Shown: in pieces, positions 1 to 13,700 of the stretch | Layout: each line of letters begins with the position of its first letter | Position numbering within the stretch: the stretch's first letter is position 1 | Source of the DNA: Macrostomum lignano | Taxonomy: Eukaryota | DNA length: 64,000 nt | NCBI GenBank assembly: GCA_002269645.1 | Contig: NIVC01000843.1 | Span: forward strand, 1 to 64,000 | Direction of reading: 5' to 3' | Program-made: the position numbers and the translations under genes | The notes under the pieces: model-generated | Databases searched by the model: none | What the model was told of the DNA's origin: nothing | Seen by the model: only the letters and a program-made list of their open reading frames with translations

Positions 1-49
1 AGATAAAAGTTGAGATCGATAACGATAAAGGATGGGATCTTATTGTTAT

Positions 50-800
50 TATGGGTAGTAGGTAGTGAGATTCAGGTAGAAGACAGTGAGATTCAGGTAG
101 AAGACAGTGAGATTCAGGTAGAAGACAGTGAGATTCAGGTAGAAGACAGTGGCATTTAGGTAGAAGACAGTGGCATTTAGGTAGAAGACAGTGGCATTTA
201 GGTAGAAGACAGTGGGATTCAGGTAGAAGACAGTGAGATTCAAGTAGAAGACAGTGAGATTCAGGTAGAAGACAGTGAGATTCAGGTAGAAGACAGTGAG
301 ATTCAAGTAGAAGACAGTGAGATTCAGGTAGAAGACAGTGAGATTCAGGTAGAAGACAGTGAGAATTAGATAGAAGACAGAGATTTAGGTAGAAAACTTA
401 TTTGGATAGAAAACAGTGAGATTTAGATAGAAAACAATGAGATTTAGGTAGAAGACAGTGGGATTTAGGTAGAAGACAGTGGATTTAGGTAGAAGACAGT
501 GAGATTCTGGTAGAAGACAGTGAGATTCTGGTAGAAGATAGTGAGATTCAGGTAGAAGACAGTGAGATTCTGGTAGAAGATAGTGAGATTCAGGTAGAAG
601 ACAGTGAGATTCAGGTAGAAGACAGTGAGAATTAGATAGAAGACAGAGATTTAGGTAGAAAACTTATTTGGATAGAAAACAGTGAGATTTAGATAGAAAA
701 CAATGAGATTTAGGTAGAAGACAGTGGGATTTAGGTAGATCACAGTGGGATTTAGGTAGAAGACAGTGGGATTTAGGTAGAAGACAGTTGCATTTAGGTA
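50..800. repeat. 21-bp minisatellite (GTAGAAGACAGTGAGATTCAG), about 35 units, in the intron upstream of the neurabin PDZ exon
   Basis: Direct repeats visible; the repeat-derived ORF LNLTVFY has 7-aa (21-nt) periodicity. Confidence 0.95.
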
Positions 801-862
801 AACACGTTAATTTTTTCATGTATAGAGAGGGAGAGAGAAAATTTTGAACCACCAATTCGCAG

Positions 863-3097
863 GCGCTAACTCCGGGCGGAGCCGCCGAGCGCGATGGTCG
901 CATCAAGGTGTGCGATCAGATCGTTGAGGTGGACGGCGTCAGCCTGGTCGGCGTGAGCCAAGCATTCGCCGCGGAAGTGTTGAAAGCTACGAGGGGCACC
1001 GTGCACTTCGTCATGGGCCGGGTTATCGATCCGGACACGTCTGATATTCATAAGCTCATTCGGCGAAGCCTGGACGACCGCGGCTCGAGTGCCACTGATG
1101 GCCAGCAGCAGGGTCAGCAACAGCAGCAGCAGCAGCAGCAGCAGCAACAGCAGGAGCAGCAAAATCAGCAGTTTCTGGATAAAATGCGAGGCGAATTGTA
1201 AGCATAATGGAACTGCGATGCTCTGTCAAAATGAGATAATTGAGGAAGAGTGAAAATGAAAGGCTGGTGTAGAGTGACAATGAGAGGCGAGTGATTCTCA
1301 GAGTGACAATGAGTGGCAAGTCATTCAGAGTGACAATGAGAGGCGAGTGATTCAGAGTGACAATGAGAGGCAAGTCATTCAGAGTGACAATGAGAGGAGT
1401 CATTCAGAGTGACAATGAGAGGTGAGTCATTCAGAGTGACAATGAGAGGTGAGTCATTTAGAGTGACAATGAGAGGCAAGTCATTCATAGTGACAATGAG
1501 AGGTGAGTCATTCAGAGTGACAATGAGAGGTGAGTCATTCAGAGTGACAATGAGAGGCAAGTCATTCAGAGTGACAATGAGAGGTGAGTCATTCAGAGTG
1601 ACAATGAGAGGCGAGTGATTCAGAGTGACAATGAGAGGCGAGTGATTTAGAGTGACAATGATAAAACCAGCACCCCACTCGATCCCTAACCGTTTCTCAG
1701 GCAGGACCGTCTGCGCCAGAGCTCCGAAGCGCTTCAAGAAGGCCGCTCGGAGCTGAACGTAAACGTGTCGAACCATTCGCAAGATTCTACAGACTCTATT
1801 CAACATCAGCGTCCAGCGTCCCCGTCTCCGCCGGCTCCATCGCCTCCGCCGGAGTCTCCTCCATCATTCCTAGTAACGGAAACTTATCAGCAACCGCAGC
1901 AGGAATCGCCCGAGTTAGCTGAAGCTCTTCGCGAAATTGTCGAACTCCGTCGCCAGCTGGAAGCCGAACGGGACCGCTCGGCCCAGCTGCAGCGTCAGGC
2001 TGAAGAATCCGCCCGATTACGACGCGAAGCGGAGGCGGCCCAATCCGAGGCGGAGAAAAAGTATCGCAAAGCGAAACGGCTGCTACGCGAAGCGATGGAC
2101 GACGGGACAGCGCTAAAACGCAGCTGAAAGAACGCGAGCTCTACGTCGACGAAGTGCTGCGTCGGGTTAGTCAGCAACAGCAGCAGCAGCAACAGTCGGC
2201 TCAGCAGGGCGACGCTGAGCTGTACTCTGACCCGCACATCGCCGCCCTGACCGATCGGGCCCAGCTGGCCGCTCACGGCAGTTTAAGCAAACGCCGGCCG
2301 CCTTCCAATCAATTGAAATTGTTGAAATCTGGCGAGCTAGTAGCCGACGACGGCGCTCAAGACGACAACGGAGCTGGTAGCAGCGATGATGAGGAGGAGA
2401 ATGGCAGCAACGCTGATCGGTGGGCTGCCTCGGCTTCGGCCACTGACACTGGGACGGTTCTGCGCAGGCCTGCTGCTGCTGCTGCTGCTGGTGCTGCTAG
2501 TGGCGGCGGTAAAGCTACGCAACCTTCGCTACCGCCTCAGACTCAGCAGTACCGCCCTAATCCGATTGCTGCCGCAGCTGCCGCGGCCGCTTCATCAAAG
2601 TCTTCCTCTGGTAGCAGCAGCGGCGGCGTCATGCTAATCTCTGCTCGTCGATTTGGCGACGACGATGGAGTCGGTGGCTTCGCGGCGGTGGCGGCGGTGC
2701 TGCCGGTGGAGACCTTCCAAGTGCGCTAGACGAATTCGACGACGAAGCTGGCACCAGCGGCTCCTACGATGTGTCCTCTTCGTCGGCTGCCGCGGCGTCT
2801 GTCGCTCTGCCAGAAGGTGGCGTCGCCGCGTTGGATGCGGAACCGCTGGCTGCTTGGCTGCGAGCCAACGGCCTTCATCAGTTGGCCTCAAGTGCTTTGG
2901 AACGCGGCGTCACCGGTCGTAGCTTGGTTGCCATGGACGCGTCGGCGTTGAAGCAACAACTAAGCGCGTCGAAATCCGATCAGCGACTTTTAAAGACAGT
3001 GCTGCGCGAGGCCGAACGTCGACGATCTCGCAGTGGCGGCGGCGGCGGTGGCGGCAGCCGAGGAATCAAGAAGGTGTTCAACTTCAGGAACAATTGA
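863..3097 (+). CDS. Spn: Neurabin/spinophilin-like protein, 3' part (PDZ end, coiled coil, SAM). Exons 863-1197 and 1701-3097, with two apparent frameshifts (about 2090-2125 and 2640-2700)
   Basis: [37 protein letters not shown] matches the neurabin [14 protein letters not shown] matches the neurabin coiled coil. The C-terminal [26 protein letters not shown] segment is SAM-like. The phase-2 intron 1198(GTAAGC)-1700(AG) joins in frame (EL-QDRLRQ). Confidence 0.85.
1268..1660. repeat. 27-bp minisatellite (AGAGTGACAATGAGAGGTGAGTCATTC) in a neurabin intron
   Basis: Direct repeats; 9-aa periodic pseudo-ORFs on both strands. Confidence 0.95.
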
Positions 3098-5262
3098 TCG
3101 CTATATTTGCCAAAGCTTAAGTATCATACGGATCTTTAGTACACTGAATTGTTAATGTTATATATTAATAATTGTGATGATTAACTATATATATTTATGG
3201 CAAAAATCGTATTAAGTTTGTTACACGTGCATGCAGTGTATGAACAACGTATTCCCTCTTTGTAACTTATTTTTTTATTCTTTTGCTTAATTTCGAATAC
3301 TAACAGTACGTTTTCTCCAACGAAATGTTTGAATTCTTGTATATTTATATTCTCGCTCGACTCGTGTCTCTCCCTCGCCGGTATGAAATTAAATTACATT
3401 AGCCAGCTTCAATAATTTAACCAATAATAATTGTGCACAATTTTTTTTAAAGTTGTGTCGAACCATTTTAAAAAGAATTGTTTTGTTCACTAAGCGCTTG
3501 TTTCAACTCTTTCATTTGCATGGAGTTTATTTATATCGCTACAGAATTAGCTAGTAAATCGCGATGACTCACTCTTAAATTATTGACAAATTATGTTTGT
3601 TTTAACATAATAGTGCTTTCTCACCAACAACCGTGTGCTTCTATTTAGTCTGGCTAGATTAAAATAAAATCAGTTATAATCTTTCTCATATTTTGGGTTA
3701 ATTAACTGAACTATAAATGACGATAGTGATTATATTCTTATTTATTAGTAAACACTAGTAACTACATTAGTGAAGAACATTTTATTGTACTTTATTTTTT
3801 GTTTAAAATTTATCTAGACTTGTGTCTACCTTTCATTCCTCGAACAGTAACTGGATTGACTGTAATTAAACGAATTCCATATTTTCTATTTATTAAAATA
3901 TTGTATAGCAACTAAAATATTCTATGTTGAAATTTCTCTATAGTAGGCATCAAAATTTTCAAGTTGATAAATCCAAGTCATGTTTCGCTGACTCTGATTC
4001 CAATAATGTTATCAATTGTAGTTTTAACCAGTTTATGAAAAATTAATTCCAATAAAAGATACAAAATTCCGACAGAATTCGGTGTAACAGTTTGCTCACT
4101 TCTCACATTTTTCTCATGTTTTTCATTCTCTCTGCATGTGTTTTTTCTCATTGTTTACTCAGCACCAGCAGGGTTTTTTCAAATCCCTTCCGATATTGTG
4201 TATATTTTGTAGGGTTAAGTTGGCGTTTCTACTTTATGCACTATTTGTAGTTAATTAGGACTGGCAATTAACTAATTCAAGTATTTCATGGGGCTGTTCC
4301 GTTTTCACTCGTACTAATATTTCCTTTATATTATTGTATCTTAATATCCCGCCTTAAATTGGTTTGAACAAAAAATTTCGCAAACTATTTTTTACGACAA
4401 ATAAAAAACCACGCCAGAAGTTGATTATTAAGCTCCTAGACATGACAAATTATGATTTTTTTAAATATTGAATATTTTCTATCTCGCATGGAATCTTTAA
4501 CTTAAAATCAATGAGTTTTTTCTTTGCTTGTTTTTGTTGTTTTTTATATAAAAAAAACAGGTATTGTAATTCAGATTTGCAGCCAATTGTTTCAGCACCT
4601 CTAATTTAATGAGATCTGCTATCGTGATCTGCGCACATCTGAACTTTATTAATGCCAATTATGCATGAATCCGTTTATATTGATTATTGGTGCAACACGC
4701 CAATACTGTAGAAGGATTTTGTCATTTTACAGTAGTTGAAATGCTTCTTGCTTCTTGTGTGCGAATAGGCTGCTTATAACTATGTTATAAGCCTTTTTGT
4801 TGCTGTAATTCCTTATTTTATTATATTATTTAATTAGGCTTAAATTATATATTTTTGTTTTCTTTTCCTTTGTTAAATTCCAGACAGCGATCTATAATAA
4901 AATTGTTATATATGCATATTTATTATTCTTTAAATACGAACATAAATATACATATATTAATTTTTATAATCTACACACCATTTCGCAATCAAAGTGTGCT
5001 TAATATGAATTCTTAATTGACTGAGCTATTTATCTCTGTTGGATCTTAGCTTAATTTAACGTTACAATATGTTATTATAGGTAATTACAACCTAAATTCA
5101 AAAAGTAAATGTAACACTATACTAAAGACCTCGTAGAAATCAGGTAATTATATTCATCACTTGGAAGTGTCTAGGGCTTGGAACTTGGTATGTACATAGT
5201 ACATTAAAAATCACAATGTGAGGTGAAGTTCTAACAATAATACTCTACTATGCAAGGAGCAC

Positions 5263-5625
5263 GGGGGGCCGTAGCCCAGCGGTCTAGCGCAGGCTCTGGT
5301 GTGCCAGCGACCCTAGGCTCGATTCCAAGTGCAGTCACATTAATTTGGGGCTGAATTGGAATCTCGGCTTGGCTCTGCTCGTGCAATTAACGGCCTTGAG
5401 ACTGAGAGCCAACCCCTCAAGGCACAGTGAAGTGTACATGCCTAACGATAAAATAAAGTTGGGGCCGCTGTACACTCCTGTGTGTGTGCCTGAGTACGTA
5501 TCCGCACGCTTGTATGCCTGCTCAGGGGAGTCGGCGGAATGGGCAGTAATGCCTCTCGCCGGTTGTGTGTTGATGTCGCTTAAAGTGCGCCAGGGTGCAC
5601 ACAACCCCCCTGCCTCTAATAAAAA
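5263..5625 (+). mobile_element. tRNA-derived SINE (family A), about 360 bp, with a 13-bp target-site duplication
   Basis: A-box TAGCCCAGCGG, B-box-like GGCTCGATTCC, A-rich 3' end. ATGCAAGGAGCAC occurs at both 5250-5262 and 5626-5638. Confidence 0.85.
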
Positions 5626-7031
5626 ATGCAAGGAGCACAACTCTTAAGTCTCAAAGAAATACAAGTCTAGTCTACAAACCAACCCCGCAAAGTGATGATT
5701 TATTTTATCGCCTGCGCTTTGTAAGCCATTTAATTATTAGGCAGGCAAATTAACTTTACGTAATAATTAAATAAAATGAACTGATGGCTGACGCCATTCG
5801 TAATAATATTCACACGAGAAAAAAACTTAACGGACTTGTAAAGATGCTAATTAGTAAAAAGTAAATAGAAAGTTAGAATAAGTGACAGATCCTATGATTT
5901 TGTATTCGATGAAAAATAGTTGGCTAGTTACATTTAGAGCATTTAATAAATTAGTTCTTGCTGCTTTCAAGCTTATAAATACCCTATGTATATTCATTTT
6001 TATGTCAGAAACGTTTTTTAAATCGTTAGGAATTTCGTAACAAAAATTCATAAACTTACCGCACCTATTTAAATGCATTGAATTAATACAATATAGAGCC
6101 CGGCCTCATTTTTCTTCTCGATTTTCTATAGCCTAAGATTTAAATTAGGAGGATTGATTTTCATTGTTTAGAATGGCCTAAGAATGGTATCACGTAACTT
6201 GTCTTTTTGTCCTAATTTCACGTCAAATAGGTAAACTGGAGCATGAAACTAATACAAGTTTTAGTGGTATTTTTTGAAATAGAAATTTATAGATTTTTGC
6301 ATCAAAATAGATTTTTGCATTCAAAAAGTTGCTGTAAAGTTGCGAGCAAACTTTTTTGATTGGAACAGTTCTGGTGCATGGTGCAACGTGCAAGCAAACT
6401 TTTTTAATAAGATTTGTTCTAGCATAGGCCTACAGGTACAGCTCATTCAAACTTTTTTGATAGGGCATAGGCCTAGGATTCATTCCAGTGCAGGCATGCC
6501 ATAATCCTGACTATGGTCATTTCTTATTATTTTGCCTAGGGGTCCCAATCCCAAGATCACGGGATCCTGGCTTTTTGTTAGGCCTAGTGTTCAGGATCCC
6601 AGGATTAGGCCTAGGGGTCCGGGATCCCGGTAAACATGGGATTGGAATTTACACTGCAGAAGTGAATATTTTTTGTCTTGCAATTAGCATAGTTTAACAC
6701 TTGAACAGTTTTGAGAGAATTTTTGGAAGGAAAAAAGGAAAATGGGGGTGGGGTGTGGATTGGGTTCTGACTCTGAGTCTGAGTCTCTGTGTATATTATA
6801 TAAGCCATAAGGTGGTCTGTGTTAGGGGCAGCGAGAAGCACCAGTGTAGCGTATATAGTCCTAATCCAAGTGGAGAGAGTATAGTTTAGTATGTATATAT
6901 AACTAACAATTACATGTGATGTAACTTCAACTATTTTATCAATGCAATTTTATTCATATAAGCTAGAAATAGAAAGTAGAAACCCAAATGATGCTCAAAT
7001 TAGTTGAGAAATTGTTTTGTAGATACAACTT

Positions 7032-7256
7032 ATGTGCTATACACCTAACATTTTTTCTCAAGAAGCATGTAGACTGTGTGGAGTGAGAAATGGTTCTGAT
7101 ATCCTATACTATTTGACCAAATGTCCACAAACTGAAGAGATCAAGAAATACTTCTGTCAATACCTCTTAAATGAAAAACAAATACACAAGATAGGATATG
7201 CTACAAATGAAATAAGAGTCAGAAAAGAGCTCACTGGTGTAGCTAAAATATATTAA
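7032..7256 (+). mobile_element. Possible degenerate 3' end of a non-LTR retrotransposon ORF2 (CCHC-like zinc motif)
   Basis: CRLCG-x6-ILYYLTKCP resembles the LINE C-terminal C-x2-C...H-x-L-x2-CP motif, but the His is lost. Confidence 0.35.
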
Positions 7257-7721
7257 GTCATGAATAGCTAAAACAGTTATGCAAACTGAAACAGATATAC
7301 TAGCAGTTTATTAAATCCGCTTTTTAGTTGTTTATTTGTTTACTATCTTTTTTAATTTCCTATTTAAATCATCCTTAATCACTAGACATTAAGTTTGTTG
7401 GAAGTGTGTTTATGCTTGTTCTTCACGCTTTGAAATATCACACTTTTCAAAATTGTCTAAAAGGATCATAGTTGAGATTCTTTTTAATCTAAAATCTTTT
7501 TAGGATAGTATTCTTAATATGTCATGTTAACAATACATATAAGATCTCTTTAAGATATCACCAATTTGCAATAATTTTCAGAAATATATATTTTATTTCT
7601 ATTTTAAGTTTTGCTTTTAATATTAATTATTTTTCAACGTGTAAGATATGTAACAACTCTTGAAATACGAACTATTTTCATGCCATGTAAGCAAAGCATA
7701 CTTTGTGGCTGAACATCTTGC

Positions 7722-10700
7722 ATGGATGTGGATGAGGAGGTGAAATCTAGCAGCAGGATGTTAGGTAATTTCTGACTTGTGTTTTTAATCTGCTATTTGT
7801 ATTTGCTATCTTATATATACACTACTGTTAGTAATGTGTCATCTGTGAGATCTCAGTTATTTATACTGCAAAAATTATGGATGCTAAATTGAAAACCACA
7901 ATGCCAGCTGTTATCAGTCAAAAGTTCAAAATCGAATGCAATACTCACACCAAGCTGTGAGCCACAGAACTTGCAGAAGTGAGCACACCAGGTTTACAGA
8001 TTACTCAATCGAATTATCAAATTCATAGACGTCTTGAAATTTCTAGAATCCTAATTTTTATAAAATTATTTAAATGAAATTCGGATACAATAGGAACTAA
8101 AAAAAGAAATAGAGTCTAAATTGAATGGTTTTGACACATAATACAAGCGTATGACACAGAAATATAGCCTAGCTTTATCTATCTGTAGTATGGTAAATAA
8201 TATATCATAAATCTTTAATTTACTCGCCTAACCAGACGCTGCTACAGCCGCTTACGATCCTTCGCTGCCATTGCCTGCACTGATCGATCCAGACGATACT
8301 AATGCCGAGCCGCCGCCAGCTATGTCGGATGGTGAGACAGTGTCTAGCAATAGTAACCAAAGTCAGTGCGATTTTTATATTGAGAGCGACGCTACTCTGT
8401 TGCAATTGCGCGAGGCTGCATTAGAAAGTGCAAGAGAACGTAGAGCAGCAGCTGCTAATGCTAACTCTGTTAATGACAAAGACTTGCTCAAAGATGAAAC
8501 TCACGAGAAAGAAGACGACGATATGGATGTAGTAGACTCTCCATCTCCTGTATTGCCAGATTCGGATATGATTGGTACAGAACTTGATCATGCTGTACTG
8601 CAGATGCCTATCCCGCCTAGTCCAGAGCGTCAGCTGCCAGATGAAGCAGACTTAGAGTTGGAAGAAGGCGAATACTGTTCCGATAATGTTCATAGTCCGG
8701 ACTCGAATCAAGAGTTCGATAATGAACTGGCCCGCCTTGCCGATTTAGCCGAATGGGTTGTAGTTGACGAGTGCGAGGACGCTTTAGAAAATCTTGATAA
8801 AGGACCAAATGCTGTTGAATCAGAGACCAATGATGATGCCGCTGTCAATGACAATGCACAGAATGCAGATGAAGATGACGAGGAAGAATTGTTGGCTTTG
8901 CGCGAACTCTTAATTAGCAATTTGCGAGCCAGAGCTTCTGCTAAAGAATCCGCATCAAATAAAGTTGCTGTCAGTTCAGCTGCAGTTGACGATGCAGATA
9001 ATGCAAAATCTTTAGTGTCAACCAAGGACCAGAATATTGAGGAACCAACTAAACAAGATGAGTTCAATCAAGAGAATCTTACTAAGCTTGCGTCAGAGGA
9101 GGAATTATCTACTCCAAGAATTTTAGACGAAGTAGCTCATTCGCAATTTGCATCTGTAACAGACTTTCCGAAGGAGGATGGCACTTCTGATTTAATTGAT
9201 CACGCTGATCCTTTATCCGCAACAGTAGATTCAGCTCTTCAGAATTTTAAGCAAGCTGCTCATCCTCGAATCGCATCGATGACGGAAGTTGTTTCTTCAC
9301 AAAGTTTTAAAGATCAGAAACAGGAAACTCGCATTGAAACTGTGACAGAATTTCAGTCAGACAATAGTCCAGCTGAACAATGTGCGAATGAAGTATTAAA
9401 AGCAGCAGAAGTTCCTTTATTAACTAAAGATGCTCCAAAATCAGGTTTATTGGCAGGAAATTTCAATGGCTCATTGAAGAAGTCAGCCTCCCCTACCTCA
9501 CTTAATAAGAGGCAGTCTCACCTGAATTTGACCACAGTGGCCTCCGCTCCAAACGTTCTAACCATTCCAACGACATCTTCGCAACAGCAGCAGCAACAGC
9601 AAAATCGTCGTCGAGTTGTTGGTTTAAGTTCGCAAGAATTGAAAACTAGTAGTTCTACTGGCGTACCAACGCGTCGATTTGTGATTTGTTTAGGCGATTC
9701 AGACTCTGATTCGACTGAATCAGAATCGGAAGCTCTGAAACCGGCTAAGAAAAGTCGCTTGGTTGCGCCTCCTGTAGCTGCAGTCCCAGTTGATGATCGC
9801 GCTCGTCTACAGTCGCTGCGACACAGTGTCCGCGATAGGGCCACCAGACTGCGCGTTGGACTGGCAGCTGGTAGGCAGGAGTTGCAGCAAAGGCGGGAAA
9901 AATTAGCCCAGAGAATCGCCGAGCTTAATGAAAAACGGAATGCTGCAGCCAGGTGAGAAGGTTTTTTAAACTGTTTACAGCCGTAGAAACGATAGTTGCA
10001 GAAAGACATTTTCTGGAAATTGTCTGCTTTTAGAAAAACATAGGGTTAGTTGCTTCTGTCAAAGATGAGAAAGGGTATGCCATCCTAAGTATCGGAGTGA
10101 AGCACAAGACAGAATCTGAACGAGTCGACTAGAAACGCCGAGACAACCCATCCAGGTCCCTTCTTTCTGGTTATTAATCAAAAGTGAAATTCATTTGAGG
10201 CTTTCACATAGTTGTCCGTTCTAATAATAGCTGAATGAAGTCCTGCGGCCATTTGTACATCTACAAATCCGATGTCATATCTTAATATAGATAATTTACT
10301 TATCCAATGAAGGGACGTGGATGGTATGCTGGTTCGCCATTTCTAGTTTATTCCTGTGATTAAGCGATTTTAAATGTCATTAAGAACTAACTACACGTTT
10401 GGACCTTGATTCCAGGCTCCGTCTTGACGCCCGTCGCGCATTGGAATTGTGCGCCCAGTTGCGCAAGCGTTCACAAGCCGCCGACGCAGAGCTGCGCAGA
10501 TTAGAAGCGTCCGCTAGTAAAGAACAGCAATCGCTGCGCGCCAGAGAAACGGCATTTAAAGCTCGAGAAAGTCGAGTCTTAGCCGCGCTAGACGAGTCTA
10601 ATTTACTGCGTCGCGTCTGTCCTCCAACATCCGCTTCTGGTCCTCCCCTGGATCCGTTCATTCCTTTGTGCCCGTTCGGCTTGCACGGCTCTTGCCGCGA

Positions 10701-13700
10701 TCCATCTTGCGAATATCAGCACCTGCCTACTTGGCAATCTTCCGATAAAACTATGCGCGGTCTACCAAATACGATCGCCAGCACTACTAATAGTAATCCT
10801 ACAACTACTACTGCAACTTTGCCTTCGTCGTCCATTGCTTCGACAACTTCTTCTTCGACTCGTCGCAACCATCGTCTCGCCGAACGAAGCGTCTCAGTGA
10901 AAGACTATTGCGACGCTTGCGAACGTTACGTTACTGTCAGCGGCGCTCACCTGCGCGACGATCCGCGTTGTCAGTCTTGCAGACCGATTTCGTCGCCTGA
11001 ACAAGCTATTGCTGTGTTGCATCATTTCTTGTGTCGACTACGATCTAGGTAGGTTATTTCGAGGGTTTCGAAGTCACAGTCACAGATGCACTTTGTACAT
11101 AAAAGTGGCCATATTACTTTTATTACGAAGAATTTTGTTTTTGTTTGCATTAACATAGCTAATTCAATTTAAATATGAAAATCACTGCAAATCATGTGAA
11201 AGTAATCCAAAACGTAAAATTTTTTAGTTTACTTGAACTTGCAAACATCGATTGGCTGCTGTGAAATTAAATAAACGTTAATAAAATAGCAACGCGCGAA
11301 TTATCTGTAATTATATCTAATGCTCATTAATCCCAAGCTTTCTTTCAAGGAATCCTATTTACTTGTCCACAACTTACTCCCCAGGAAGCATTACTGAAAT
11401 TTTTCTTGCACAAGTTTAGTCCCTTTATCTAAGAGTCCTTATCATATAAGGCAAGGATTTGGAGCGATTATACTCTTAGAATGAGGAAAGCACTTAGAAC
11501 ATCAATTGGTGTATCAATGAGTGCATCAATGGCTGAAAGCACTAGAAAGCGTTCTAGAATCGTTCCAGGCATTGCAACGAGGCATGCAGCACTTGGACAC
11601 ATAGGTAGATATGTAACTGGCTAAATTTCAGACATAGTCAGATTTGCAGGGGGCTCAACTTGACCATTTTGCGATTTGGTGAAATCTGCGTTTAATTTTG
11701 TGCGAATTTGACAGGCTGACAGGTTAGCCACTCAGGGTTTGGCCATAGACTTAGCAGAAAGCAATTCGGAAACAGCTGCGTTCAATTTGGTCTGCCCAAG
11801 AACAGCTTGTACAAGAGAAATTGAGACATGGCACATGGAGGCCCTTATTCAAAAATCAGCTTGGTAGACCGTGAGAGAATCTTAGCCCAAGCCCAAATAG
11901 AACGCAGTTTCTATGGCATGTCTATGGTAAACCATGTCTTTTGGCTTGGCTCGTTTCCGCTGCGTGTGTCGCACCAAATAGAACGCAAAAAATGTTTAGT
12001 TGAGGACTTACCAGTCTTAGCCAGCATTGAATGAATTACTAGAAATTTTCCGCTCGTCCCAGCTGGTTGACATGGTCAAAAATCGGTAACTCTTTGCAAA
12101 AACTACACCTGTTAGGATTTCCTCACCAAATCCCTCAGCTCGAAAGGTTCATCCCATATTTATCCCATAGACAATCTGCCGCCACGATCGACTCGCGCGA
12201 CTGCGTCGTCTCCGCAGCCGAAGCATTCGCTAACGAATCCACTGGCCAATTTCCAAATCACGTTGGTTTAGTCTTGCACTCGTTGGAATTGCGACGCTTA
12301 GCCAAGCGTCCGGTTCCGGTAGCCCTGTTGAAAACCTTGCTCAACCGGGTGCCACATTGCGGCATTGTTCGTCGGGCTTTACGTTTGCAACCCGATTTTA
12401 TTGGTCAACGACAACTATTAGAATTCGCATTTGCACTGCCGGAATTGCAACGCACCGCCAGTTCGTTAGACTTGCTGCAGCTGGCTCTCAGTCATTGTCG
12501 ACTGATGTACTTGAACGACGATTCCCAGTCGCCGCCGCCGCAGGTTTGGCCTAGCGGGCCACCGACTGCCATGTTGCCTAATCATGCGGCATTTCTACAA
12601 CTTTACCGTCTGTATTGGGCTCTGACTGGTTCGCCGCCGGAATTGCCGCTAGCATCGTTGCGGTCAGAAACCGCCTTGCTAACTGAACTACCAATATTTG
12701 TTATCGATGTAGATAATCAACAAGCTGACAAGTTATCTGTTAATGACCTGCGTCAGCTGCTAATTGCTGCTGGTATTTTTGAGCAGCAGCTGGACGATAA
12801 AGACGCGACTAAGGATTCGATCGAAAAAAGCTTGTAAGTTTTGTTTGATAATGAAGTCTTTCGTGTATTTTCTCTAAAGTACTTGTACTGATTTTTTGTA
12901 CTAGTGTAGTTGTACTACAATACCTGTACAAGTGTACCTGTACTAGAATACCTGTACCAGTTAACTTGTACCTAGTGTATATGTACTAGTGTGCCTGCAA
13001 AGGTCCTAGTACAGGTACACTAGTTTTGGGGGTAGTTCGGTAAGTGTACCTGCAGTAGTGTATATTTACTAGTGTACATGTACATGTACAAGTGTACTTG
13101 TACTAGTCTATCTGTACTAGCACACCTGTACTAGAATAGATGTACAAGTCTACCTACCTAGAGTGCTAGCATACTTTCAAATAAAACACGAATATTGTTT
13201 GTCCCAGTCTAGTTGCATAGTGTACTTAAATTGCTACTAATTCAAAGTTCTCTGTGTGTGTGTTTTTTTTCAACTGCCAATCAGCACCGCCGGCGACGAA
13301 CCGAAAGCGTTGGCGTCTGAGATCTGCGATTGGTTAATCGGGCCCGAGCCGTCTTGCCCATTCAGACATCGCCTAGTACTATTGGTTGCTCAATGCTTGG
13401 CTTGCAAATCGTCCGATAGCAGCAGCAGCAGCCATCAAGGTGTTTCAGCTATCTATCGCCTGTTAGCTATTCGCAGATCCTTCCTACCAGCCCTGATGCA
13501 CTGGTTGTCAAGCGTATTTGAATCCAATAGTTGTCCTTCATCTGGCGAATTGATTGATTTGTTGCACAACTGCGGAGCCACCTGCGTGACGCATTGGCCA
13601 GATTTGGCTCATTCGGCTGTTAATTGGATACTGCTAAAGAATTCTACTACTAAAAGTAATGATGAAGCTATTCAGCTTCTCTCCGTGGCCGTGTCTGCAT

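Noticed and set aside
2061-2110. 50-nt GT-AG segment whose removal would fix the first neurabin frameshift
   Set aside because: It would delete the conserved [10 protein letters not shown] motif; a 1-nt indel is more parsimonious.
6230-6480. Similarity to 35040-35170 in inverted orientation
   Set aside because: Probably an old dispersed repeat, but the ends and family cannot be defined by eye.
11400-11630. Possible LINE RT C-terminal remnant in a ZFC3H1 intron (…RKALRTSIG)
   Set aside because: Similarity too weak to support without a database search.
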